From contig JAUVXV010000001.1 in NCBI GenBank assembly GCA_030603365.1, positions 192,001 through 256,000 on the forward strand: a stretch of DNA of 64,000 nucleotides. Reading direction: 5' to 3'. The notes below the pieces were generated by a model. The model worked only from the letters and a program-made list of their open reading frames with translations, was not told where the DNA came from and made no database searches. This stretch comes from Candidatus Heimdallarchaeota archaeon. Its GTDB lineage: Archaea > Asgardarchaeota > Heimdallarchaeia > Heimdallarchaeales > Heimdallarchaeaceae. Below, piece by piece: positions 9,830 to 20,477 of the stretch (positions within the stretch are counted from its first letter, which is position 1; the number at the start of each line of letters is the position of its first letter). The position numbers and the translations under genes are program-made.

Positions 9830-12310
9830 TTATCTCATAATTTTCTTTCTAAGAATTATCACAATAGTTCCTGTCAAAAATGGTATTGAAATTAAAGCCA
9901 AAATACTTGGAAATTCGCTTACAATTGGATTAAATATGTCAAAGTTTTCAGTAGTAGACGCAATCAAATTGTTCCAATCTGTAATATTTATCTCAAAATC
10001 ATAATTTCCATTCTCATATGACAGAGTATTCAGTGGTACTTGTAAGTAATCATTACTCACAATCCAACTAGTACTCCAGCTACTATTCTTCATAGTAAGT
10101 TTAATCTCTTTAATTCCAGTGTAATCATAACCATTAATTTCAATATTAATTAATCCAGAAAATGGGTCACCTGGAAAAACAGCGTCAATTGTGGGGAGTC
10201 TATTGTCGAAATACATATCATAGATATTTATACCTTGAAAAGATCCTATCCAAACCTCATGAGTGTCTGGAATATAATCCATTCTCCTAACGAATAGAGT
10301 AGATAACCCATCTGATTCGTCTTCTCTTTTTAATTCTCCATTTGTGATATTATATGCATAAACTCCAGAATTGGCTAGGATATAGATTTCTTGATTTGTA
10401 GATACGTATTGTATTTCATTTATTGATGGATATTGTATTAAATGAGCCAAAGCAAAATCTTCAAAAGTCTCAGTCATAGGATCGAAGATTCTTATGTTTG
10501 GATAAGGCTCTAGTCCAATCCAGAGTTTCCCTTCAACCCACTCAAGGGATTGAACTTCCCAACTCTCAGCATCTCCAAATCGTTTAATTTCTGAAAGCGT
10601 AGTTAAATTATAAAGAATTAAACCTACATTAGTTGCTACATAAAGGACGTCTCGATCAGGATCTTGTAGGATAGAATTTACTTCTAGTTGTGTTATTTCT
10701 TCGGTAAAGTTTTCTACATGATATGTTCCTAGTTCCCAGTTATAGATTATCATTGAACCATTTCCACCTACCCCTGCATTTTGAGCTGCTATTGAATAAT
10801 AGACCAAACTCTCATTGTATGATGAAGATATATCTGCAACATATCTATATTCACTCAATGGAAGTATCAGTTCTATATTTGAAACAGTGCTTGTGTCAAT
10901 ATCATATAAATACCTATGATGAAACATGAGTCTTGCACCTACAAGTAATTCTCCTGCAGTATCTCCTCCAGCGCCACCTATTCCAGTTATCAGATGTTCT
11001 ACTGAAGTAGGATTTAATCGTGTTGGGCTAGTAGGATCAATTCTGTCCAAACCTAATAGAGTTGAAATGTAAGCATATCCATCAACTGGATCATAATTGA
11101 TATCTGTTGCCATATTGTGTGCTATTCCCAATATATCTGTTTGTTCAGTAATAGCAGTACTTGGTTGAGCATAATCCACTTTTTGTATTCTTTGAATTGT
11201 TCCAATAATAAGTTCGCTTGTAATTGAATCTAATCTTATAGATGCGAGCATACCTTCAATAGGATAAGGAGCTCCTGTTACAGTGGTTATTGGATAACCT
11301 CCAGGTAAAGAACCACCAAGCGACTTAGCTACAGCATCCATACTTGTTGTATTGAAAACTAATAATCCATATTCAGCGTCTGTGGCATATGGAGATACAA
11401 TAAAACCTAATTCCTCTTCAGTGTCACACACTAAATCAAGAATAGATCTTGAATAGTATGGTGTTGTCTGAGTATATGGATACGTTTTAACTGTATCATT
11501 ATCAGGAAAAATCACGCTCAAACCATCACAGATTTGAGTATCTGCATCAAATGTTGCAACAAAGATTTTTCCCAAGGAAGGATAATATTTCACAAGTCTG
11601 GTATAATCATTTGGCAGTCCATCACTGGTAGTATACCATCTTGTAGTATTTTCTGAAGTATCGATTTTATATACTCCTACAGATGTTCCAATGTAAGCAA
11701 ATGATTCAGATGAATTGACATCAACAGTAAGCATTTTTACCGTTGCAGCAGGAGGGTTATACCCACTGATATCTACAGTCTTGTTGTTGATTGGATCATA
11801 AACAATCAATCCATGGGACTGTGTTACAATCCAAACATAATGAGTAACTGGATCTACATCAATAAAGTCTCCTAATTCAAAATTCGTGGCAACTCCTGTT
11901 AAAATTGGAGTAGCTGATAGAGGTGTGTGTGAGTAATTTAAAACATCCACACCTTGTATTGAACCTATATACAATAACTTAAGGTCTTTATCAATTTCTA
12001 AGTTCATTATCTGTACATCAGTCAGTCCAATCTCATCTTTGTAAACTGTTTGATTCGAGAGATCATCTCTTTGAATCAAAGCCAAACCTTCAGGAGCATT
12101 GGTGAAGATTAAATTATCTTCTTCACTTACTGCTAAAGCTATGTGGCCTGGTGGACCGAAAATATGTTCAAAGGCAGTATCTCCATTAGCATTCAACAAA
12201 TCTCGATTTTCATCGAAATTGTTTTGAAGAGAAGACACTGATACTCCAGATATGAAACTGGTTGAAATAAATAAGACTGTTAAGAAAATTATAGTTAATT
12301 TCCTCTTCAT
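9830..12310 (-). CDS. Secreted/surface beta-propeller protein with Ig-like domain and C-terminal sorting/anchor signal
   Basis: Signal peptide; Reg_prop-like repeats (DGLPND, DGLSTL, WIGS..GI); ends SEF-P + TM helix + RKKIMR, similar to PEF-CTERM. Confidence 0.8.
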   Translation of the reverse strand: MKRKLTIIFLTVLFISTSFISGVSVSSLQNNFDENRDLLNANGDTAFEHIFGPPGHIALAVSEEDNLIFTNAPEGLALIQRDDLSNQTVYKDEIGLTDVQIMNLEIDKDLKLLYIGSIQGVDVLNYSHTPLSATPILTGVATNFELGDFIDVDPVTHYVWIVTQSHGLIVYDPINNKTVDISGYNPPAATVKMLTVDVNSSESFAYIGTSVGVYKIDTSENTTRWYTTSDGLPNDYTRLVKYYPSLGKIFVATFDADTQICDGLSVIFPDNDTVKTYPYTQTTPYYSRSILDLVCDTEEELGFIVSPYATDAEYGLLVFNTTSMDAVAKSLGGSLPGGYPITTVTGAPYPIEGMLASIRLDSITSELIIGTIQRIQKVDYAQPSTAITEQTDILGIAHNMATDINYDPVDGYAYISTLLGLDRIDPTSPTRLNPTSVEHLITGIGGAGGDTAGELLVGARLMFHHRYLYDIDTSTVSNIELILPLSEYRYVADISSSYNESLVYYSIAAQNAGVGGNGSMIIYNWELGTYHVENFTEEITQLEVNSILQDPDRDVLYVATNVGLILYNLTTLSEIKRFGDAESWEVQSLEWVEGKLWIGLEPYPNIRIFDPMTETFEDFALAHLIQYPSINEIQYVSTNQEIYILANSGVYAYNITNGELKREDESDGLSTLFVRRMDYIPDTHEVWIGSFQGINIYDMYFDNRLPTIDAVFPGDPFSGLINIEINGYDYTGIKEIKLTMKNSSWSTSWIVSNDYLQVPLNTLSYENGNYDFEINITDWNNLIASTTENFDIFNPIVSEFPSILALISIPFLTGTIVIILRKKIMR

Positions 12311-12449
12311 AAAGTAAGATACAATTTTCTTATTATAAACCTAATTAAAATGTCAAGTTAAAACAATAAATTCTCACAAACATTGTTCAGAAGGAATAAA
12401 ATCTATAGAAATTGAAAATAGTTTGGAGCATATTTTGTATAACTTCAAT

Positions 12450-12899
12450 TTATAAAATTCCTTTTTCCTTCAGAAATTCTTTATAATTCACATCTTTGAT
12501 ATAAGCTCTCATCTTGATTGCTATTTTTATTACATTTTCAGATGAAGCTATAACTAATTCATTATTAAAAATTCCCTCTTTATCAACTCTTAAGAAGAAT
12601 GTTCTTCCATCTAAATGAAATCTTTCGCTAAACTCCTTGTTAAGTTGATGTCTTTGTTCTTGGGATAATCTTGAGGTGATATTCTCTAAAATTTTCTCCA
12701 TATCTTTGTTTCTGCTGAAATTCATGATAATATATTGTATCGGATTATCATACCCACCCTCTAGTTCTTCAACAAGTATCTCTGTTTGCTCAATCAACTC
12801 TTCTGGTATGAGATTAGCAACTGCTATCATATTCTTATCGAAGTCTTCTGTAGAATGAACAGAAAAACTAAATTCGATTTTTATTAAAGATATTGTCAT
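12450..12899 (-). CDS. RNA-binding domain protein of the archaeal exosome/L15e gene neighbourhood
   Basis: VHSTED, EGGYDNPI, FFLRVDK motifs; adjacent to rpl15e. Confidence 0.82.
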   Translation of the reverse strand: MTISLIKIEFSFSVHSTEDFDKNMIAVANLIPEELIEQTEILVEELEGGYDNPIQYIIMNFSRNKDMEKILENITSRLSQEQRHQLNKEFSERFHLDGRTFFLRVDKEGIFNNELVIASSENVIKIAIKMRAYIKDVNYKEFLKEKGIL

Positions 12900-12940
12900 C
12901 TCAACCAGCTAATTTAGAGAAAATAAAAAGAAAAAAGAGT

Positions 12941-13579
12941 TTAGTTACCTCTTCTTCCATGACTTCTTAATGAGGGTCGTACTTTTTCAGCACCATAGCC
13001 CTTATTTCGAAGACCTCTGGATTTTCTTCCTGAGCTAGTTAAACCACGATGAACCCTTCCTCTGTGTACTGGATTCTTAAGATAGAAAACATCGTCTCCA
13101 CGATATTCTTTAATCGAAAGCCAGCTAGTGCGAGGATCTTTAGCGATTGTAGGTTGTTGTGGATCAATAAGGATTATTTCGAAGAATTTGTGTCTACCGT
13201 CTTGACCAACCCAATAAGAATTCAATACTTCAAGATTACTGTATCTTCTCGCAACACGTTCTTCTGCAATTAGTTTTATGCTCTTTTTAGGTGTGATTTT
13301 ATTAACACCCATGTTACGAGATTTTCTACCTCTTACTGGTCTCTTCTTCCTTCTTCCTCCTCTCCTAACTTTAGCTCTAACTATAACATATCCTTGTTTG
13401 GCTTTATATCCAAGAGCTCTTGCTCTGTCTAATCTTGTAGGACGTTCAACACGTTCAACAGCACCCTCTCTGCGCCATTGAATAATTCTTTGTCTCATTA
13501 AAGCTTTGAACTCGGGAGAATTGCGATTCTTCCAAAAATCTCCAATATACTTGTACATACTCTTAGTCATATTATTCAC
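12941..13579 (-). CDS. rpl15e: 50S ribosomal protein L15e (true start probably ATG 13570)
   Basis: [41 protein letters not shown]. Confidence 0.98.
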   Translation of the reverse strand: MNNMTKSMYKYIGDFWKNRNSPEFKALMRQRIIQWRREGAVERVERPTRLDRARALGYKAKQGYVIVRAKVRRGGRRKKRPVRGRKSRNMGVNKITPKKSIKLIAEERVARRYSNLEVLNSYWVGQDGRHKFFEIILIDPQQPTIAKDPRTSWLSIKEYRGDDVFYLKNPVHRGRVHRGLTSSGRKSRGLRNKGYGAEKVRPSLRSHGRRGN

Positions 13580-13614
13580 CTACGATTCCCGTGAGGACAT
13601 CTCGTTGGTTAGGC
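13577..13614 (-). promoter_or_regulatory. Candidate r-protein leader hairpin upstream of rpl15e
   Basis: GCCU/AGGU, ACGA/UCGU, UCC/GGA pairings; the 3' arm overlaps the AGGUGA RBS. Confidence 0.5.
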
Positions 13615-13699
13615 TTCCTTTCATTGTTGTTATTTTAAAAGTTGTGATTTCGATGATTTTTAATCAGAAAGTTATTTAAAATACGAATTCACTCTTTGT

Positions 13700-14137
13700 A
13701 TGAATAATATGACAGTAACAACAGAAACAAAGAAAGTAGATTTTACTGATGTTATTGTGATTATTTCGGCAATTTTGGGAGCAATAGTTGGAAGTATTGC
13801 AATTTGGTTGTTTATTTCTGTGTTTCTAGGTGGAAATTTTCCATTCGTAACTAATGATAGATCTGCATTCATCGCATTAGCTATCCTAGGGACTACAATG
13901 TGTGCATTGGTCTATCCTATCAGAGCTTCAATGTCCAAGAAATTTAGGTGGTTAAGTCCTTTCACTTTATCAGCGATTTTTCTAGGTACTGTCATAGTTT
14001 TATTTATTACACTATACTTAACAAATGTACTAAATGCTATAATAACAAATGATAGAGTTGCAATGATAATTTTAGGTTCTATAGTTTTGTTGAAATGGAT
14101 TTTAGCAACAGTAAGCTTACTTGTTCAGAAACAATAG
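13700..14137 (+). CDS. Membrane protein (4 TM) with internal duplication
   Basis: Hydrophobic helices; repeated TNDR-A-I-LG motif. Confidence 0.75.
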   Translation: MNNMTVTTETKKVDFTDVIVIISAILGAIVGSIAIWLFISVFLGGNFPFVTNDRSAFIALAILGTTMCALVYPIRASMSKKFRWLSPFTLSAIFLGTVIVLFITLYLTNVLNAIITNDRVAMIILGSIVLLKWILATVSLLVQKQ

Positions 14138-14185
14138 TTATTTTTGGGGTTTTTATATCCAAAATTTAATTTTTTATGAATACTA

Positions 14186-15360
14186 TTGCCCGGTATACTT
14201 GAAAAATTACGTATATTGGGAGAAGCAGCTAAATATGATCTCTGTGCATCAACCGCATCCCCTCGAGCTCATACTCCAGGTTCAATTGGAAAAGCAGCAA
14301 CAACTGGAGTGTGTCATTCATTTCTCCCAGATGGAAGGTGTATTAGCTTACTCAAGGTTTTAGTTACTAATAGCTGTATTCATGATTGTAAATATTGCAT
14401 TAATTCTACACAAAATAAAAATGATATCAAACAAACAATTACGTCTTTTGAACCTGAGGAATTAGCGAAGTTAACTGTTGCTTTCTATCTCCGAAATTAT
14501 ATTGAAGGTCTTTTCTTAAGTTCTGGTGTAGGGAAAAGTGCTAATTGTCAAGCAGAGATTATTCATGAGACACTGCATCTATTACGGTATAAATATAATT
14601 TTGATGGGTATATTCATGCTAAAATTTTACCGGGTATTAGTAAGGATGAACTCTACAGAATTGCAGAACTAGCAGATCGTGTTAGTTTGAATGTAGAACT
14701 TCCAAATAAATCCCGTTTTAGCGAAACATGTTCAACAAAAGATTATTCTAACGATATTATCAAGGTTATAAAATATCTTCCAGAAATTAACAAGACGGGT
14801 TACATCCAAGCTGGATATACAACCCAATATGTTATTGGTGCTGCTGAAGAAACTGATAAGGAAATACTAGAAAGCATATTTAATTTCTATAATGATGAAT
14901 GGAATTTTAGAAGACAATATTATTCAACTTGTTTACCTTTAACAGTAATCAAAGAGCACTACCTCGTAGTTTCTTTCTTAGAGAACATCGAATTTATCAA
15001 ATTGATTGGTTGAGGAGAATATATAAATTTACATCAGAAGAACTCATTACTATTGTAAATGACAATGGTTTCATTCCCCTAAAAGAAGATCCTAAAGTAA
15101 TATTAGTTAGAGAAAATTCTGAATTCTTCCCAGTAGATGTAAACAATGCAGGTTATTATGACTTAATGAGAGTACCAGGAATAGGGCATATTTCAGCTAC
15201 TAGAATAATCAAATTAAAGAATAAAAACGTGAGAATTTACAAGAATGAGCAATTGAAAGCGGTTGGTGTGGTTCTAAAGAGAGCTATTCCTTTTCTTAAG
15301 ATTGGAGAGAAAAAACAATTAACGATGGAGAATTTCCAAGAACAGAATGGAGGTCTTTAG
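14186..15360 (+). pseudogene. Putative DNA modification/repair radical SAM protein (TIGR03916-like), split by a frameshift near 14940
   Basis: AAKYDLCAS, GRCISLLK, CIHDCKYC, YIEGLFLSSG in ORF 14186-15013; REHRIYQIDWL, DPK and HhH LMRVPGIG continue in the -1 frame (ORF 14929-15360). Confidence 0.85.
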
Positions 15361-16033
15361 TATTTCCTGGATCTGTAATTTATCTGCACATGAATACGTA
15401 GATGCGGCAAGTTATCATAATGAAACAACTAATGAATTTATTGAAAAAGCTCTTCTTGTGATGAAATCGAAACCACATGAAATTACTACCGGTTGTAGTG
15501 ATTTTGGTCGATTAATTAAGAAAAGGGCGAACCAAGTTTTAAGAGAGATTCATCTTCTTGCCTCCTATTTACGATTAAAACCATATCCCGAAATGATACT
15601 TGTAGGTAATTGCAAACCAGAACACAATACAACATTCTTCATTGGCAAGTCCATTGCTAAACGTTTTGATAGGTTTATCATCTTAATTTTTACATTAGAT
15701 AATTTTGCTGTAGTATCCAATAGAAGAACTCTCCCTGAATTCCCAAAATTTACAGCAAGCTCAAGAGAAGAGTTAATCGTTTCTGTTAGAGGTTTTGCAG
15801 AAAAAAACATTGCGGAGAGACTTTCTCAAGACATTCTTCTAGAGAACGGTGATTTTTTATGGGAAAAACATTATGAAACACAGTTTCTAGAACAGCGTTT
15901 AAATACTAAATTATTCCGCAAATTCATTCCAAAATATGCTTTAGAGAAAGCTGATATGAAAATTGAAAGGAATTTCTATGAGAAAATAGTGGAAAAACCC
16001 AAAGAAAAATTCACTCTGGACAAATTTTTCTGA
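15347..16033 (+). CDS. DUF4130 / TIGR03915-like putative DNA repair partner protein
   Basis: V-REIH, PEHN, LW--Y, RLN-KL---IPKY motifs; overlaps the end of the radical SAM gene as in the known pair. Confidence 0.8.
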   Translation: MEVFSISWICNLSAHEYVDAASYHNETTNEFIEKALLVMKSKPHEITTGCSDFGRLIKKRANQVLREIHLLASYLRLKPYPEMILVGNCKPEHNTTFFIGKSIAKRFDRFIILIFTLDNFAVVSNRRTLPEFPKFTASSREELIVSVRGFAEKNIAERLSQDILLENGDFLWEKHYETQFLEQRLNTKLFRKFIPKYALEKADMKIERNFYEKIVEKPKEKFTLDKFF

Positions 16034-16093
16034 CCTAATATCTAAGAAATCTTGTGAAAAGAAAAGTTCAAAAGATGCGCATATTATTGATAT

Positions 16094-16531
16094 TTGGTTA
16101 TTATGTCGTCTTTTGGAATTCACCAAATTGGTGCAGTAAGGATAGAAAAGGAAGCTTGCTATATCGAAATTTATCAGCCTTTTACACAAGGATTACGACA
16201 TATTGAGAAATTCAGTCATGTTTTTGTCTTATGGTGGATTTCAATGCGTGATAATCCTCAGGATAGATCAAAAATGCTGGCTTCTCCTCCAAGATTGGAA
16301 CAATCAGTAGAAACAGGGGTATTTTCTTCACGTAGTCCAACTAGACCTAATCCAATTGGTCTAACCAAAGTTAAGCTTTTGAAAGTGGAAAATAATCGTT
16401 TGTATATTGACAGAATTGATGCTATTGATGGCACACCTATATTAGATATTAAACCCTACCTACCTGGTGATAGTGTTCCTATAAATAAAATTGAATTGCC
16501 TGAGTGGTTTGAACATTTGAAGAATGAGTAA
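16094..16531 (+). CDS. trmO: tRNA m6t6A37 methyltransferase TrmO/TsaA
   Basis: GVFSSRSPTRPNPIGLT and DAIDGTPILDIKPY. Confidence 0.92.
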   Translation: MVIMSSFGIHQIGAVRIEKEACYIEIYQPFTQGLRHIEKFSHVFVLWWISMRDNPQDRSKMLASPPRLEQSVETGVFSSRSPTRPNPIGLTKVKLLKVENNRLYIDRIDAIDGTPILDIKPYLPGDSVPINKIELPEWFEHLKNE

Positions 16532-16609
16532 AATGCTTCTTCTTCAATTTTTATTTCTTTCAAATGTTTTTGAGTTTTTATAATGTGCTTTAGATGAACT
16601 TCTGATATT

Positions 16610-17512
16610 ATGGTCAGAAAAACATCTTATTCAAATAAGGCATTTTTCGATGAAAGTAAAGTTATAATCATCACTGGAGCATCCTCAGGAATTGGAAAAG
16701 CACTGTCTTTAGCTTTAGTGAGATATAATCCAAAACTTGTCCTTATTGCTAGAAGAAAAAGACAACTTTTGCAAACAGCAAAACTCCTAGAAAAAGAGAA
16801 TGTTGATGTTCTACCAATAGTTGGAGATGTTAGAAATAGAGAAGATAGAATAAAATTTGTAGATTTCACAATGAAAAAATATGGAAGAATAGATGTTCTC
16901 GTTAATAATGCTGGTTTAGGTAAAGCTAATCTAATCATAGATCAACCTGAAGAGGAAATTGATTTACTGATAGAAACAAATATTCTTTCACTCATAAAGA
17001 TGACAAAACATGTTCTCCCAATAATGCAGCAGCAGGAATCTGGAATAATTATTAACATGTCCTCCTCACTTGCATTGTTGCCTGTTTTTCCATTTGCAGT
17101 CTACTGTGCAACAAAATCTGCTGTCAAAGTATTTAGTGATAGTATTAGGCAAGAACTCAAGAATTATGGTATATCGGTTTCTACTGTCATGCCCGGATCT
17201 TATGAAACAGAATTTAACAAAATTGCGGGTATAGATGAAGAATCCGTTCCAGGGTATGCCGTAGAGAAACTTGCTGTTAAAATAGCAAAACTAGTGGTAA
17301 AACCCAAGAAGAATCTTATACAACCAACATCCTATGTTCCTCTTATTTGGATTACTAAAAGATTCGAATTCCTCAAAAATCTAATTACATTAAAAATCGC
17401 TCAAATGATAAACAAAGCAAGAATAGAATCACAAATAAAAATTGATGAGGAAATAGCAAAAACTGAAAAAGAAGAAATCAAATTATTGGTTCCTGACAAG
17501 CGCAACAATTAA
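16610..17512 (+). CDS. SDR family oxidoreductase
   Basis: TGASSGIG, NNAG, YCATK. Confidence 0.93.
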   Translation: MVRKTSYSNKAFFDESKVIIITGASSGIGKALSLALVRYNPKLVLIARRKRQLLQTAKLLEKENVDVLPIVGDVRNREDRIKFVDFTMKKYGRIDVLVNNAGLGKANLIIDQPEEEIDLLIETNILSLIKMTKHVLPIMQQQESGIIINMSSSLALLPVFPFAVYCATKSAVKVFSDSIRQELKNYGISVSTVMPGSYETEFNKIAGIDEESVPGYAVEKLAVKIAKLVVKPKKNLIQPTSYVPLIWITKRFEFLKNLITLKIAQMINKARIESQIKIDEEIAKTEKEEIKLLVPDKRNN

Positions 17513-19374
17513 GCTGCAACGAAATAGGTACCTTCTGATTTCTGCTTCTTATCCAACTGAGAATTCTTTTTGTTTACTCTTGGACGTAGGGTTCTAGGAT
17601 CTTGCCTAAAAGTAATGTCCATTTTCTTCAAGAAGTCGTTCATACCATTTTGGAGTGACCCTATTCTTCGAGCTCTACCTATCTCTCCAGGTTTTCCATC
17701 AAAAACCATCAAACGATCAGAAAAGAAATTAAGCATCATTACATCATGTTCAACAACTAAACAACCCATTCCATAATGAGATACAACACGTTTGATCACC
17801 TTAGCTACATTAACTCTATCTTCCGAGGAAATATATGCTGAAGGTTCATCAAGTAAATATAGGTGTGCTTTCCTTCCTAAACAAGCAGCAATTGAAACTT
17901 TTTGGAGTTCTCCTCCCGATAAATCACATAATCTTGATCCTATCAATTTGGAAAATTTTAGTGGCTCAATAATCTCTGATTTATGCCATCCACTACTTAA
18001 CATTACAGGATTGATTTCTCTCAAATAATCTTCAACTGTTTGTTCAGACTCTGTGTAAAGATATTGAGGTTTGTGACTAACTAGTAGTTTTTCTGATAAT
18101 TCTTCTACTTCCTCTCCAATGTCTGAATCCCCGGATGTTTTTTCTGTTGTACTCATTTGTGCTAGAATCTCTGTTGGTTGAGACAAAGAAGTCGGTTCTA
18201 ATACACCAGCTAGTATTTTAACAAAAGTTGTTTTTCCTATACCATTTGGACCTATGATACCTACAACCTCTCCTTTGTAAAGCTCTCCTCCTTTTACAGC
18301 TAATTCAAAGGTGTCAAATTCTTTGGTCATGTCGCCAAATTTTATTGCTAATCTGCGAGAAGTATGTTTGTCATCGAAGCTGGCTTTTTTGAAGATAATA
18401 GGTTCAGGTCTGAACCGCATATTTTCGGATGGAATATAACCATCAAGGAAGATGTTGATTCCCTCTCTAACAGAATAAGGGTGACTTACTATCCCATATA
18501 CTCCCGCATCCCCATAATACATATGTACATGGTCGCTTAGATAATCGAGAATTGCAAGATCGTGTTCTACAACAATAATTGTTTGATTTGGAGATTTCAT
18601 TTCATTTAGGTAATGTGCTATTTTGACTCTTTCTTGTACATCTAAGTAAGCTGTAGGCTCATCAAAAAGATATACATCAGCCTCTCTAGAAATAGTGGCT
18701 GCGATTGCTAATCTTTGAAGTTCCCCTCCACTCAATTTAGCAATCTCTCTATCCCAAACTTTCGATAAAGAAAAAACATCTTTAATATCGTTTTTTATTC
18801 CTTTCTCATCAATCTTCTCTATTAAATCAGATACATTTCCTTTAGTGACTTGAGGTAATCTATCAACATTTTGTGGTTTTAAAATAGTTTTCAAATCCTC
18901 GTTTGCTAGTTTTTCAAAATAATTCTGGATTTCTGTACCTCTATAATTTTCTATGATTTCATCCCATTCAGGAGGATTATCATACCGTCCTAGATTAGGT
19001 TTAATATTTCCTTGAAGAATGTTTAATGTAGTACTTTTACCTGATCCATTTTGACCTACCAATCCAGTAACTTTTCCTAATTTAGGCATTGGTAGTCTGT
19101 GTAACTTAAATCCATTTATACTATATCTGTGAGTAACTTCTTTATCTAATTCCTCTGGGAGATTCACAACTGTTATACAGTGAAATGGGCATTTTTTGAC
19201 ACATATTGCCACTCCTGAACATAGAGGTTCATGGATTACTGCCTTATTACTTGGAGGATCAAATGTTATTGTTTCCCGTCCTGCTCTAACTGATGGACAT
19301 ACCTTATAACATAACTTTCCACATTTTTCGGGTCTGCATTTTTCCTGATCTATTACAGCAACTCGTGTCATCAA
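17509..19374 (-). CDS. rli1: Ribosome recycling ATPase ABCE1/RLI
   Basis: N-terminal Fe-S Cys cluster, two ABC ATPase domains with LSGGELQ, RPRVNK...LDK-QK C-terminus. Confidence 0.97.
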   Translation of the reverse strand: MMTRVAVIDQEKCRPEKCGKLCYKVCPSVRAGRETITFDPPSNKAVIHEPLCSGVAICVKKCPFHCITVVNLPEELDKEVTHRYSINGFKLHRLPMPKLGKVTGLVGQNGSGKSTTLNILQGNIKPNLGRYDNPPEWDEIIENYRGTEIQNYFEKLANEDLKTILKPQNVDRLPQVTKGNVSDLIEKIDEKGIKNDIKDVFSLSKVWDREIAKLSGGELQRLAIAATISREADVYLFDEPTAYLDVQERVKIAHYLNEMKSPNQTIIVVEHDLAILDYLSDHVHMYYGDAGVYGIVSHPYSVREGINIFLDGYIPSENMRFRPEPIIFKKASFDDKHTSRRLAIKFGDMTKEFDTFELAVKGGELYKGEVVGIIGPNGIGKTTFVKILAGVLEPTSLSQPTEILAQMSTTEKTSGDSDIGEEVEELSEKLLVSHKPQYLYTESEQTVEDYLREINPVMLSSGWHKSEIIEPLKFSKLIGSRLCDLSGGELQKVSIAACLGRKAHLYLLDEPSAYISSEDRVNVAKVIKRVVSHYGMGCLVVEHDVMMLNFFSDRLMVFDGKPGEIGRARRIGSLQNGMNDFLKKMDITFRQDPRTLRPRVNKKNSQLDKKQKSEGTYFVAA

Positions 19375-19490
19375 CTATAAGCGGTTTATTTTATTTAAAA
19401 ATCTAGAGATGAGATAGAACATCTACATTAAAAATGCGAATGTATAAATAAGTCGTTGTGAAATAGAATATCGTAAGGAGTTAGTATAGT

Positions 19491-20147
19491 ATGCCTGTTC
19501 CTGATGATGTCTTAGCAAAAGAATATAGTCTTGTTATGGAAAGAGCTTATGCTTTTGAGCCTATAGATGGTGATTTAACAAGATGGAAAGGTTTTGTTCC
19601 CGTAATAACAGCTGATGGGGAAATATTTGTTGAAGCTTTAATGATTATTCCAAGTGATTATCCTTCATCTCCTCCAATAGTTCGTATTCTCAGTCCAATA
19701 ACACATCCAAATCTAACACAGGATAAAGTTCTAGAAATGAGGATGCTTGCACGATGGAGATCTAGTTATCATCTTTTCCAAGTAATAGTTGAAATGATTA
19801 GACTTTTCTCAAAAGTTCCTGCTCGTCTAGTAGATGAGAAACCACAGAGAATTGATCCAGAAGCTCATTTAAATCCTATAAAAGCTCAAGAAGAACAATT
19901 ATCCGTAATTCTTGAACAAAAGAAGAAAACACTTGCAGATATTAGAATTAAAAGGACTTCAGAGATATCAAACAGAGCTTTACAAAGAGAAAAGAAGATA
20001 CATCTTGAAGATGAGATTCTTGGAGTTGAAAATGAGCTTTTTGCAATTGAACAACAGTTTGAAGATTATGAAATTCCAAGTCATGAATTTGCAAAAAAAT
20101 ATTTTAATGTGAAGAAAAGGTTATATCTCTTAGAAGCAAAATCATGA
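19491..20147 (+). CDS. UEV (inactive E2) + coiled coil + Vps23/Vps37-like C-terminal helical hairpin (ESCRT-I-like)
   Basis: IPSDYPSSPP-V and HPN of the UBC fold but no Cys anywhere; C-terminal LFAIEQQFEDYEIPSHEFAKKYFNVKKRLYLL resembles the steadiness box/Mod(r) core. Confidence 0.75.
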   Translation: MPVPDDVLAKEYSLVMERAYAFEPIDGDLTRWKGFVPVITADGEIFVEALMIIPSDYPSSPPIVRILSPITHPNLTQDKVLEMRMLARWRSSYHLFQVIVEMIRLFSKVPARLVDEKPQRIDPEAHLNPIKAQEEQLSVILEQKKKTLADIRIKRTSEISNRALQREKKIHLEDEILGVENELFAIEQQFEDYEIPSHEFAKKYFNVKKRLYLLEAKS

Positions 20148-20477
20148 TTCTTCCTTTTGCTCTATCTTATCTTCTCCTTTTCCATCGTTTTTCATGAGTT
20201 TTTTAGTAAGAATATACCATACGAATAGCCAGATTACAATTAAGAGAAGACTTAATCCTACTTTAAGAGAAGCAAACAGAAAGTTTAATCCTGCACTTGA
20301 AGAAGAGGGTATCATCATAATTCCCTCGCTTATAATTGCACAAATTCCCATGAATGTTGCAAAGATGAAGGTTTCAAGTCCAATTATTTTGCCGAGTCTT
20401 GGTGTAAGCTGGAAATATTTCAGTATGTTTCCACCAATATTCTTGAAGAATTTAGAAGCTGACTCTAGAAAACTCAT
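20142..20477 (-). CDS. Small 2-TM membrane protein
   Basis: Two hydrophobic helices; overlaps the end of the upstream GlcNAc-1-P transferase gene. Confidence 0.7.
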   Translation of the reverse strand: MSFLESASKFFKNIGGNILKYFQLTPRLGKIIGLETFIFATFMGICAIISEGIMMIPSSSSAGLNFLFASLKVGLSLLLIVIWLFVWYILTKKLMKNDGKGEDKIEQKEES

